Source of the DNA: the human T2T-CHM13v2.0 reference genome, Homo sapiens
DNA: 64,000 bases
Assembly (NCBI RefSeq): GCF_009914755.1
Contig: NC_060925.1
Direction: 5' to 3' (one strand)
In this document: piece after piece, positions 1 to 13,654 of the stretch
Position numbering within the stretch: the stretch's first letter is position 1
How the letters are laid out: the number at the start of each line of letters is the position of its first letter
The notes under the pieces: model-generated
Databases searched by the model: none
What the model saw: only the letters and a program-made list of their open reading frames with translations
What the model was told of the DNA's origin: nothing
Made by a program: the position numbers and the translations under genes

Positions 1-183
<183 letters not shown>

Positions 184-269
184 TTATTTTTTACATTTAA
201 TATTAATTTTATGTCATTTGGAAAGTAACGTAATTCTCAAGGCTTGTGATAAAATAATAGCAGTCCTCA

Positions 270-590
270 GTGCACGATCCCCAATTTCTACTCCTGAGAG
301 GCAACCACATTCAGATTCTTAGGCTGTTTTTTCTGTTATTTACTTTCATATTTCTAAATAGCAGGCATAGACTACTGTGTTTTGCTTTTTGGCTTTTAGA
401 AGTTATTTCCTACTCTAGAAAATTTTAGCCCTCTTATAAATCTCTTTCTTTATACTTCCAAGATAATCATATAAAAATTTTGGTTATATTAATATTTAAT
501 ATTAATATGTTTTGACTGTATATTACTGCTGAATTACTTAGTGAACTATGATATTATCTTTTTGTATTATTTTTTGGTTTTATTGAATTA
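270..590 (-). mobile_element. Old L1M/L1ME 3' fragment
   Basis: GAGAGGCAACCACATTC...TTTCATATTTCTAAATA resembles recalled antisense L1ME 3' UTR; highly diverged. Confidence 0.45.
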
Positions 591-607
591 ATACTTACTT
601 GTCTCAG

Positions 608-1928
608 GTCCTCCCTCCCTCCTTCCCACTCTTTTTCTCCCCTTTCTTTTTCTTTTTTTTTTGTCGTTCTCCTTCATTTTCTCTCTTCCTTCCTCTCTCA
701 CTTTCTCACCCTTCTTTCCTCCCTTCCTTCCCCCACCTCTTTCCTCCCTCCCTGTCTTCCCTTCCTCTTCCCCATTCCCTTCCCTCCCCTTCCCTTCCCT
801 CCCCTCCCCTCCCCATCTCTTCTCCTTCCTTCCTTCCTCCCTCCCTCCCTCCCTTCCTGCCTCCCTCCCTTCCTGCCCTCCCTCCCTCCCTCCCTCCCTC
901 CCTCCCTCCCTCCCTTCCTGCCTCCCTCCCTCCCTTCCTGCCTCCCTCCCTCCCTCCCTTCCTGCCTCCCTCCCTTCCTCCCTCCCTCCCTCCCTCCCTT
1001 CCTCCCTCCCTCCCTCCCTTCCTGCCTCCCTCCCTTCCTGCCTCCCTCCCTCCCTCCCTCCCTTCCTGCCTCCCTCCCTTCCTGCCTCCCTCCCTCCCTC
1101 CCTCCCTCCCTGCCTCCCTCCCTTCCTCCCTCCCTTCCTCCCTTCCTGCCTCCCTCCCTTCCTGCCTCCCTCCCTCCCTTCCTGCCTCCCTCCCTTCCTG
1201 CCTCCCTTCCTGCCTCCCTCCCTCCCTCCCTTCCTGCCTCCCTCCCTCCCTTCCTGCCTCCCTCCCTTCCTGCCTCCCTTCCTCCCTCCCTCCCTCCCTC
1301 CCTTCCTGCCTCCCTCCCTCCCTTCCTGCCTCCCTCCCTTCCTGCCTCCCTCCCTTCCTGCCTCCCTTCCTCCCTCCTTCCCTCCCTCCCTTCCTGCCTC
1401 CCTCCCTTCCTCCCTCCCTCCCTCCCTCCCTTCCTCCCTCCCTCCCTCCCTCCCTCCCTTCCTGCCTCCCTCCCTTCCTGCCTCCCTCCCTCCCTCCCTC
1501 CCTTCCTGCCTCCCTCCCTTCCTCCCTCCCTCCCTCCCTTCCTGCCTCCCTCCCTCCCTCCCTCCCTTCCTGCCTCCCTCCCTCCCTCCCTCCCTCCCTC
1601 CCTTCCTGCCTCCCTCCCTCCCTCCCTCCCTCCCTTCCTGCCTCCCTCCCTCCCTCCCTCCCTCCCTTCCTGCCTCCCTCCCTCCCTCCCTGCCTCCCTC
1701 CCTCCCTCCCTCCCTTCCTGCCTCCCTCCCTCCCTCCCTCCCTCCCTTCCTGCCTCCCTCCCTCCCTCCCTCCCTTCCTCCCTTCCTGCCTCCCTCCCTC
1801 CCTCCCTTCCTGCCTCCCTCCCTTCCTCCCTCCCTCCCTTCCTCCCTCCCTCCCTCCCTCCCTCCCTTCCTGCCTCCCTCCCTTCCTTTCTTCTTCCTTC
1901 CTTCCTCCCTCCCTCCCTCTTTTCCTCC
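608..1928. repeat. ~1.3-kb polypyrimidine compound tandem repeat; regular core ~830-1885 of (CCCT)n-CCTT-CCTG units
   Basis: Directly visible. No adenine on + strand from 816 to 1928; about 37 CCTG units by manual count, nearly all preceded by CCTT. Confidence 0.98.
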
Positions 1929-2072
1929 AGGAGTCATCTATCCTTCTGTTCCAGTCAGCACTGGTTCCTCCAGTCAGCACTGTTCCTCTCCAGGCCTGCC
2001 GTATAGCGATAGTCTTGGGGTTTCCTTCACTCTACTCATCCCCCCGCCACCATTGTCCCTTTTCTCCAGAGT

Positions 2073-2195
2073 TCCTCAGTCTCATTATTTGTGGAGTAAG
2101 AACAATTGTTCAGGTACGTGCCTCTGCTGGTTATCAGGAAGATGAAATGAGTATATGTGTGCACAAATAACTCAGAACATAGCAAGCACTCCCAA
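2073..2195 (+). mobile_element. MIR fragment
   Basis: CCTCAGTCTCATTATTTGTG...GAAGATGAAATGAG...AGAACATAGCAAGCACTC resembles the MIR core and 3' end. Confidence 0.55.
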
Positions 2196-2405
2196 AACAG
2201 TCTCACTGCTGCAGTATATCCTGCTTTTTTTGCTGTGAATATTTTTCTTATCTTGTCTCGTAGGAATGGTTTTATAGGATAAATGAGTAGAATAAGAGAT
2301 TGCTGTAGAACATGTTAAGAGCTTCATTGGTAATTATATAATCATAATTATTAGATTATTATTAATGGTCCACCAGAACACAGACTTATTTCAAGATAAA
2401 TCAGA

Positions 2406-2701
<296 letters not shown>

Positions 2702-2822
2702 TCAAAGAGAGAAGGATGCTCCCTTTAAGTCTAACCAAGCCTTACTGGTTTCCACTGCTGTTCACACCTTCCACCCTTTGGCCCAACAAGGCAAGCTCCT
2801 TTTCCATGAAGGTGGGAAGTGA

Positions 2823-3159
<337 letters not shown>

Positions 3160-4404
3160 ACCTTTTAGTAGGGTTCTACATTTTGTGAGCTACAATCAAT
3201 GTTATTTTGGACAAAACTATGGGACACAAAATAATGAGTGGCTATGTGGAAACGAAGAACTCACTTATCTGGATTATTTAGTTAATTAATTAAATGGAAA
3301 GGCTCAAGATCAGATGGATTTAGATGTTTTTGAAAAGTTAGCATAGTTCTGCGGTGTGGAGAAAGTTAGCATAGTTCTGCAGTGTAGTTCTGCGGTGTGC
3401 ACATATGTGCACGTTTTTTTAAACAAACAGCTAAATGTCAGTTTGTTTTTCATTGTGATTGTAAATGTTCGCTTTGGTTTTAAAAATCAGATTGATGATA
3501 TAATTTTAAATCATTTGTAAGATATCGAAATAACACAAACCCAAGCATGAGGTGTTTGTTGAAGAGAAACCAGGGTTCCTGATGGAAAGAATTTGAGTTT
3601 TAGACTTCGCTAGGCCCTTGTCGTTTGTAAAGCTTCCGTGGTGGTTTTATGAGCAATTTCTGTATTGCCAGTAGAAGCAGGTGCCGTCTCTCCAGCTAAA
3701 AATCTAAATGTGTTTGTGTCTGAATGTTGGGGCTCTGGCGTGCCTTGTAAGTGTTCTGCTTTTTTGTTTCATCTGCTCCTTTGCTATCTTTCTATTCACA
3801 ATTAATTTGGTATTGAACACATATGCTTTGATAACAGGTAACTGCTTGTCTTTGACATAAATGAAAAGAATAATTCTACACTGAGTGACACAAATGGCCT
3901 ACTTAAAAAAAAGTTGTTAATCTCTTCCTCAGTTTGGTTTCAATAAACCTAAGTAATTTTGAATATTCATTTAGGTTGTGTCTACCTAAGGCACATGTTT
4001 ACAGCAGTTTGATATTATTTGGAACAAACCATCCTCCAGCCTTTTCAATTTGTCTGCGCTGTGTGACATTAAACAAATATCAGCCTCTCACTTGTGTTTG
4101 TCTCAAAGCAGGTAGTAGAAAAGCTGGAACAGAACAAAATATTTTCAATCGGGTAATGTACACTTTGAAAAGCTAGTCTAGCATAGGCAGCATGCCAGAT
4201 TTCATATACTGCCTTCCATTAAATTCAGCTGAGATTAAGGAGGATCGATTCAATGGAGAGTGTAGAAATTGAATATGCATTTTATGCAAAGCGTGCTGGT
4301 CAGTTTCTTAGGAGCTTCTGGCCTTAAGGAACACGTGGTGAGTAGTGAGATTCTAGTTTGTGAAAAACCACAGTTTGACTCTTTGATACAGAATAATTTA
4401 TTGG

Positions 4405-4640
4405 TAAAAATACCAATATTAGCATTTACAAAAATTTTTGTTTGCTTACTCTGTGTATTCTAAGTACTTCTCTTGTAATATTTCATTTAATCCTAAAATA
4501 ATATTAAGGAGTTAATATTTAATGTATGAGTTTCATAGATGAGTATAATGTTTAATAGCTGAATATAATGAACTGCAAACAGGTTAAATAATTTGTCCAA
4601 AGCAGCTTTCAAACAAATGCATGTCTGATTCTCACTCTGG
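4405..4640 (-). mobile_element. MIR, diverged
   Basis: TCATTTAATCCT...TTTCATAGATGAG...AGGTTAAATAATTTGTCCAAAG matches antisense MIR core. Confidence 0.65.
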
Positions 4641-4728
4641 TTTCAGTTTCTGGAGTAAAGTAACAAACAAATCACATAGACAAAATACAAAGCAAAAAAA
4701 GTCTAAGTTTTTTTATACATGATACTTA

Positions 4729-5043
<315 letters not shown>

Positions 5044-7905
5044 TTATATAAGAACTCATTAAATTAAGATAAATTAAGTCCAGAATAAAATATGAAAATA
5101 GGAAAATAAAGGGAACTTGAGGAAAATATAAAGTTGTAAACAAAGAAGAAACTCACATTCAGATAGGGAAAAATTTAACATAGCTAAAGGTGTATTTGTT
5201 TGTTCATTAGTATATTGCTGTGGCTCAACCAAGATAATAAATTTTAATTAGCAAATGAAGCTAGAGCAAGAAGGATATGTGGCTGTTTAAATAAGAACTG
5301 GAGAGGAGAAAAACATTTTTCAGTGTAGTCTTCTAACACAATTCTAATCATATGTCACTTCATTCATCCAAGTAGTATCATCTAGGCACTGAGGATAATG
5401 TTCTCTATGCAACTTGGATGCTGATTTAGTGGTCTTATGTAAATAATGCATTGTTGGTATAAAATATGACAGGCAGAAGTGCTTAATTTTAATGTTTGCC
5501 ATAGATTTTCTTACTCGGTAAAAATTAAGGAAGAAAAGCAGACCCTGAATATACACATGGTAGCAGGACGCTGCTATGGGGCCTACCTTCTTTGATTATT
5601 CACTGTTCAGAGAAATAAAAGAGGCTCTTCAGAAACAGAATTAAGTATCGTGGGGAAGCCAAATTTGATCTGGATTTCAAAATCTATTTTAAAGAAATAA
5701 AATCTTAGAGACCATGCTTCATAAGATTTTCCAGTGGTCATAGGTTGATTTTTATTAAATAAAAGTTTTGTTTTGTGGACTACTTTTTATCAGGTTTGAT
5801 CACTGATTTTCTCCTAACGTTTAGATTCAAACAAATGACCATATACTATCGATACAGGAACTAACCACGGGCATATGCAGTAAAGGATTTCAAACCCGCC
5901 CTTGATTGAAAGAGAGATTTTTCTCTACAGAACAATAATACTACTCTCGGTGGTAAAGAGTACAACTTCTGACAGATATTTTATCCGTTTTCTCTTGAGT
6001 ATTACGGTTTGGAAGAATAATATTCAGTATTATGAACAAGAATGAAATATACTTTTATCTTCTTTCCAATGAAAACATACTGGTCTGGATTAATGACAGG
6101 TATCAGTAGCAATTGTGAATTGTTTTCTTCTTTTTGCTGCCAATTAATATTTTCTTTCTTTTCAGAAAATGATTTCAAGAACCACTAATGTTTATGTCAA
6201 GAGGAAAAGGTTTAAGTTAAAGAAGTGTCAGGTTTAACAAGGAATATGCTCCACATATTCTATGACTGGAAGGCTAGGAGACTTTCTGGAAGGGTTTATA
6301 TATGTTTCTTCTCTCCAGTAGATTAGAAAGACATATAATTTGGAAGCCCAGATGCCTGCCAGCCAGTAAGCTACCTCAACCCTCTCAATAAGTATGAGGA
6401 TGGATAGAAAAGGAAGATAAACTACCAAGGTAACAGGTAACACCATAGTTGGTGAGGATGGAAGTGGGAAAAACAGTAGGGAGGAACATGATAGCAAAGA
6501 TGGCCTGTCAGTTTCATGGACTGAGTATTTAACAAGGGGATGAACTATAATGTCTTGAGAGTTTTGGGATCCATTTGTAGGATGGAAAAAAAGGCCTGAA
6601 AAATGACAGCATCCCCTGGTATCAGAGGCCACTGAACAACAGACTGAGTAGGTGATTTTGCAGTCAGCCTTACCATCTGCTTCTGAGTTGAGTGAAGGAA
6701 GATGCATGTGAACTTTTCATCATCCTTCTAAGATGTGAAGAAAACAATTTCAGCTGTGAATATGCGTTGCTCACACATGCTGTTTTCAAAAGGAAAAATG
6801 TGTGAATGGAGAAAAATTTTATGAAATGAAATTCATAGACTTCATGGTAGCATAAGAATATACTACAGTATATTTTAGAACAAGTGGTCTGCACTTCTGG
6901 GTAAATTCTGAGCTTGTTCCATTTGGTTGTCTAAAGAGTTATTTCTACATGCCCTTCTGAATCACCAGATCTGCAGGACAGAATTACATCTTTAGTTTCA
7001 GTAGATTGTCATAGAAGCTGAGGAACGGTTAACTTCGTTATGAACAATAAATCATAAGTGTGTGGTGAAATGTTTATTTTCCTAGACAGTCACCATAAAT
7101 TATGTTTTAAAGCCAATATGTCAGATTGAGAAAATAGGTAAGATTAATTTGTTTTTTTTTTTTTTTTGCTTTTTCTCTTAATTTTGCACCTACATATGTA
7201 TACGGATTTAGAGTATGATTAGGTGTTCAGATTATTCTTAACTATTTAAAGACATCTCTTTCAAGTATTCTTAATTTAAAATTTTAGAAATTAACAAGAA
7301 ATTAATTCTGAGTTACATAGGTTTCCCTCTTAACTAAAGACAATTTGAAAAGCAGCAAATCTTTAGCCCTGGACAAATGCAAGCAACGAAAGAAAAAATA
7401 ATCCAGGTTATGAAACTTTTTGTGACTATTTGACAGCAGATAATCAGTTCTAACAGATTTTTTTCCTTGTCAATGGAATTTCTTATTTACCGTCACTAAA
7501 CATTTGCTTCTGAATTAAAAACTGTGTGATAGGTTGCTATGTCTTGATAAGAAAGCTAAGTTTCAGATCGCTTAGACTGTAGTGCCGGGTCTTTTAACTC
7601 CATGTTTCGTAAATGTTTGCTAAAATGTATATACATTTAGAAGCTGAAGCAAAAATGCTACATTCACTTGCCGCAGTAGCAGGGCAGTGGGCCAGGCAGA
7701 TGTGCAGATGAGCCCCCTGGGAGAGGACTACAGTCAGATAGCATGTGGCCTTCTGAAGACCCAGCACTGCTAAAACTGAGCCTGTCTTAAAAATACCAGA
7801 AAGAATGCTGACATTCTGCTGGCAGCTCATCTATGTTTTTAAGAGCTGCTTAAAATCAAGATCAAGTTTTTAACATAACTTTTAGCAGTGCTTAGATGTT
7901 GCTTT

Positions 7906-7925
7906 GTGTGTGTGTGTGTGTGTGT
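7906..7925. repeat. (TG)n microsatellite
   Basis: Directly visible. Confidence 0.9.
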
Positions 7926-9937
7926 ATCTTTAAAAAATATTGCATGGGCAAACCAAAGATTTCTGAGGTTCAGATCTATCTAGAAAACAGTCATTTTTCA
8001 GTTTCTACATTAAGGGACCAACATCTGTGTATGTGGTATGTGTATGTGATACTGTGCATGCAAAGTTTCCCATTTCTTGGACTATAACCTATATCTTAGA
8101 AGCATTTTGTAATTTTAAGTCTATCAATATTCATGTTTTGGGGAGAAATTTTTTTAATAGTTTTCTTTTTCACTTCTAGCAAACATTTAAAAGATTTTAA
8201 TTATTAACAACACAACACAGTTCTTTAAAGTCTGTTTGCTTCTTAGAAAATCAAAGGAACTAAACATTTCAATGCATTCTCTTTGCCCTCAAAGTGTTTC
8301 TTGGAAAAAATTTCTGTTGCTATTGATATTGCAGTGGGACAAAGTATAACTCCAGGGAAGGGAAACAGTGCCCAGGATAATCAGTCATTTGAATGGTTGG
8401 TTCCCTCATCTCTGCTTCACAGGACACTAATGCAGCAGCAGATGGCAAGCCATTCTTGGTGACCTCATTCTTTGAACAGGATGAGGGCCCACTTTGAGGA
8501 AAGACAAAATCTAGTGTGGAGTAAGCATGAGTGTGTCATTTGAAATAGACATTTAAAGACCTGGAGGATTTCAGATATCCCTGTTTCTAGATGAGGATGT
8601 GCTGAGACGCCCTGGTAGAACACATTTGGGAGTAAGGAAAGGGACAGATCCCAGTTCGTCTGAAACATAGGGTTAAAGTAGGAGGGAAGGAAGTCAAAGG
8701 CAATACTAATAGCCACATTCTAGTCTAAGGGTTCTCGTATTGCTTATCTCCATATATGTTTCTTTGTGAAGGCAGAAACATCTATTCCTTTTTTTTCTAT
8801 CATTCATGCTATTGTCTCAATGAAATTTGCTGATTTGACTTGATCTGACTTTAGATGTCCAGCTATCAAGAGGGTTTTTATAAGTACAGTCTATTTATTA
8901 TAGTCGTTTTATTACTAACAGGCCGACCCAGCCTTTTTTTTTTTTTTTTTAAACAGATTAACCTTTTTGGAAGAGTCACAGTGAATGTGTTACAGTTTTC
9001 TTATCTTTAATCATGTGTAGATATAACTTGTCTTGACATTTGGATTTTTCTTTTGGTTTGTGACAATATGTACAATTGGATCTAAGATTTGATGTCAGGA
9101 AGTCACAAGGGAAGAACATATAAGGTGCTTTAGTTCATCTTCCTGTTATTTTTAGGGATAATAGATAAAAGAGGGCTCAGACCGTGTATGAGCAAAGCTC
9201 TCAGACTTGGGAATTCTGTGGTCCATTTGTCTATATATTCCAGCATTCAGTAAAATGAAATGGTAACAATGCCCACAAGTACCTGTCAGGACATGAATGC
9301 GAAACAATGTATCATACATAAAGATCAAAATGAAAATACCTTCAGCCTTTTCCCTGTACATTTCACCATTCTTCATGGGCTTATAAGAGCTTCTCGAGGG
9401 AACCATCAAACTGAACAAGCACAACTGTGTGGTGCCAATATAAAACAATTTTATTTACACCTTTCTCTCATTGTCCCTTTATGTTATTTCAATGAGACTG
9501 ATCGTTTCCCTGCCCCTGTCTGAAAATTCGGCAGTCCGCTGACTGTCTGGTCTTCCTATCATACAAACAGACTCTATTTAGTAATTAGGCTAATTAGCCC
9601 GCATAACGATGGTTTAAGACAAGGTCTTCCTTCCCTAGCTCAGGCCTGTTTAGAAGCTGGGCCTGTAGTTTGAGGAGTAGAGTAAGAAGGCTTCTCTTTT
9701 TGGAGACTTGAGCTCTCTCATTGAACCCCATCTGGTTTAGTGGTCGCTTTTCATCACCCAAAGCACTCTCTTTACTTACTTCTGTCTTCACACTCACCTG
9801 CTTTATTGTACTCAACTGTTTCTCCTCCTTATTTACAAGGATTTCATGTTTTCTTCATCCTTGCTCTCTCAGCCGCATGGTAGTGAGCACAGAGTTGTAG
9901 GCACCAGAGAGCGTACGCTGAATGAATAGACTTATCG

Positions 9938-10077
9938 CTGGAGTTCTCATACCCCTTGCAGAGTGTCTGAGAAAGTCGGATTCCCTGATTCCACCTAGGA
10001 AATTTGGATTCAGTAGATTTGGAAAGTTCCACAAGGAGGTCCTGATTCACAGCAGGGGTGAGAACCACTGAGCTAGA
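9938..10077. mobile_element. MER5-like hAT-Charlie fragment
   Basis: GGATTCAGTAGATTTGG...GGTGAGAACCACTGAGCTAGA resembles the MER5 body and terminus. Confidence 0.6.
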
Positions 10078-12084
10078 TGTTCCTTGAGTTTTTGCAAACT
10101 TAAGAGTGTCAATAGTCTCTAATTAAGGAACATTATATTTTGACCTAAATATGTATTTCATAATAAGAAAGAGTAGGGGGTTTCTCCAGTTTTTGCTCAT
10201 TCTGGGTAAGATTATTAAAAATACCCTCTATCTTTTATGATAGATAGGTATTGATTTCAGTATAAATCCTTTGGGAGAACTATGCCTGCTTTCCCAGTTA
10301 TTCTGTTTTAATAAGTTTTATGCTGATGGTTAGAAGTTTAAATGTATCTTTTACCTCAGTATATTTTTATTTTTAAGGAAAGAAAAGAAAATGAAACTTC
10401 TATAAATATACCATAATATTAAAACAATGAAACCACAGCACTGTGATGTAAATTATTCCGTCTCACATTTAACCTGTAGGTGTGCTGGTCATTTCATAAC
10501 TTATCAAATCTCTTACAAGTGATTCTCCTTAAGAAATTTTGTTTTTGAGGGAGAAAAAGGCAAAAAGAGGCTATAAAGATTGCATAAGACCTTTAAAATA
10601 GATGGTTTACTAAGTACACGTATTATTTTAAAAAGAGGAAATAAACAATGATATATCCAAATTTAATATTTTTTAAGGGTTGACCCAACCTTTCTTTCAT
10701 TATTCAACAGATATTTATTGTGCATTTAAAAGGCATACCATACATTGGTTTGTCATAAAATGACACAGTTCTGCCGTATGTTCACAATGCTTGTTAAAAA
10801 ATTCTTTCTGATTTTAGCACTTTTTAACTTTCAAGTTGAGTAAGCAGGTATCTTGGAAACATGGCATCATTATTGATAAGTAGTGGCCTCATATACCCAT
10901 TTTATTTTTTGATTCCCTTGTATGAAATGCCACAGTGCTTTCAGCTCTTTATATAGAGGCACTGACCTTTCCATTAGAGTAAGATGACTTGGAAGTATGA
11001 ATGTGGCTTTGTTTTTATAAGGTTTACTGTGTTTTTTGTTAATAAATATTTATCACATAATTACACTTAAACATTAAATCCCCCTTTAAAATGCCCTGCA
11101 CCTGATGTTTGTTTTTAAAACTATATTTATGTGCTGATTTATATATGTTGTGTATGTGTGGCTTACTGTTTTTAAAAATAACTTCTTTGCTCTCTAAAGA
11201 TATTAACTGATCTATCATTCTTAAATTGACCTTTATTACATGGTTTAGGAAATCAGGTGTTCTTAACCTTTTACTCAGATATTCCAACCATCAGGGTGAA
11301 GCTTACGCTGTGGAATGCTTCATCTCTACTGTATTCCTCATCTCTCTATTTCTCTATATTAGGCTAGTTTTACAGTCTTTACTCCTCGTTGCCAAACCAC
11401 ACCATACTGATGCCAGATTTTTTTTTTTACTAGGCTAAATAATATGCTTAATTCTTTTCTTTTCACTTGTTAAGAATGCAGGTTGTAATTTATTTTACAC
11501 TGTAGAATGTGCAAAATTCAATAATTGTAAGGCTCTCAGATGCAATTATGCTCTTTAGATGATGTCACCATAAAGCTATAACACAGATAACATTACAGGA
11601 AAATGAGGGCCATGGGACCTGTTAGCTGAGAGATAATAAATGATGCAAGAGACAGCTTACCTATTATGGCAAGAAAAAGGGAAAGTTTATCTTTCTTTTA
11701 TATTTTACCGAATGCTTTTACTTCATGCAATAACAGGCAGTAATTTCAATAATACTACCATAAAGAAGCCTTGAGATTCCAATATTTGAGCATAGGCTAC
11801 ATTTTTTCTGTTGCAGACTTTAGCTGAGGGTTGAGAGTTTTATTTTGTGCAGTAACTTAATGTCTTAGGTCATTAAATCCTGAAAGTAGCTTACCTAGTT
11901 TATATATTTAGGGAGTTTCTGGGACATCAATAAATAATCCTTCCTTTTATTTTTTGTCTTTTTTTCTAGTTTACCTTGTTTCCTCAGAACAAACATTGGG
12001 AAAATATGAATTGCAGTTTTATTATGTTGAACCTCCCATTTTCATGTTTAAAAGACAATCTTATGCAATTAAGAAGACAAAGTT

Positions 12085-12395
12085 GTCCAAGCGCGGTGGC
12101 TCATGCCTGTAATCCCAGCACTTTGGGAGGCTGAGGCAGGCGGATCATGAGGTCAGGAGATAGAGACCACCCTGGCTAACACAGTTAAACCCCATCTCTA
12201 CTAAAAATACAAAAAATTAGCCAGGCATGGTGGCGTGTGCCTGTAGTCCCAGCTACTCAGGAGGCTGAGGCAGGAGAATCACTTGAACCCAGGAGGCAGA
12301 GGTTTCAGTGAGCAGAGATGGCACCACTGCACTCCAGCCTGGGTGACAAGAGTGAGACTCTATCTTAAAAAAAACAAAAACAAAAACAAAAAACA
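12085..12395 (+). mobile_element. AluSc8/AluY-like full-length Alu
   Basis: GGATCATGAGGTCAGGAGATAGAGACCACCCTGGCTAACAC; (CAAAAA)n tail. Confidence 0.96.
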
Positions 12396-12549
12396 GTTTT
12401 TATAAAGATCATAACTTGTTTATGAAAATACACTTTGACAAGAAGAAAACCCATTAACACATGAGAGCAATGGTCGGATAGAACAAGTCACTGGGGAGAT
12501 AGTTTTGCAGGGAAGGAAATAAAAGAATGATAGGAGAGGGCGGGCTTCA

Positions 12550-12735
12550 AAGATCCTAAGTTCTGAGTGCCAGTTTTATTTGATCTGGTCCAAGTTTCAT
12601 GAAATTTCTTTGATCTTTTCCTTCTTATCTGTCAGTTGGAGATATCACTGTCACAGGGCTGTAGCCAGGACTCAATGAACTACAGCATGTCAGAAGCATG
12701 TGCACAGTGCCTGTACCTAGGGAATCTCAGGAAAA
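12550..12735 (+). mobile_element. MIR, diverged
   Basis: TTCCTTCTTATCTGTCAGTTGGAGATA...CACAGGGCTGTAG...GCACAGTGCCTG. Confidence 0.55.
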
Positions 12736-13373
12736 GATTGAAATTCCAAAGAAATTTTATCTTCTTCCGCATTTTTTCTTGATCTCTTTTAGAACATGCA
12801 TTAAAAAATATGTACAGCAGGTGTGCAATGATGATCCTCATATTTTTGCATTTAAAAGAAAATCATATGCAATTAAGAAGTGAAACTTTTTGTGATGCAT
12901 GATAACTTATTTGTGGAACTCTTGGACTGTAATAAAAACTCTTTACCACATACACTCAAAGGCCACCTGGATTCCATTTATCCAAAGGTGTCTATTAACC
13001 ACTTACTGTGTCTAGCACAGCACTATGGAGGAGGATGGAGGCGGGAATGCAGAAAATATACAATATCAGACTGCAGCTTTGGAGCAGTATTTTGGGAAAC
13101 CAGGACATTAAATGAAACAATTTAAATAACAACCATGCATTATATATTTGAGTGGAATTTTATTGCAAAACCATGTTACTAAAATTTAGGAGTCAGAAAA
13201 GATTCTAAGGTAGGATTAAATTAGTAATTTATAAAAAGCCTCAATCAGAGTGACTGGTACAGAGTAGAAGCCCAGTAAATAGTAGGTTTTTTAAAGAAAT
13301 ACATATTATTATCATATTTTTTCTAAGAAATAGGAAAACATTAAAGAAGAAAGTCTTTGAAAAAGCAAGCCAA

Positions 13374-13654
<281 letters not shown>

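Noticed and set aside
830-1885. Resemblance to the CNBP (CCTG)n disease repeat, EWS-FLI1 GGAA microsatellites and the PRDM9 motif
   Set aside because: CCTG and CCTT units are isolated rather than in pure runs, and the 4-bp register gives CCTCCCT but not the full CCNCCNTNNCCNC 13-mer.
588-2170. Four long ORFs (424-523 aa; Pro/Ser/Leu-rich on +, Gly/Arg/Glu-rich on -)
   Set aside because: They are open only because the A-free tetramer repeat cannot encode stops. They overlap in several frames on both strands and have no domain content, so they are not called as CDS.
6234-6707. 157-aa minus-strand ORF, and the similar 152-aa ORF at 50993-51451 on +
   Set aside because: No recognisable homology or exon structure; lengths are within chance expectation for 64 kb in six frames.
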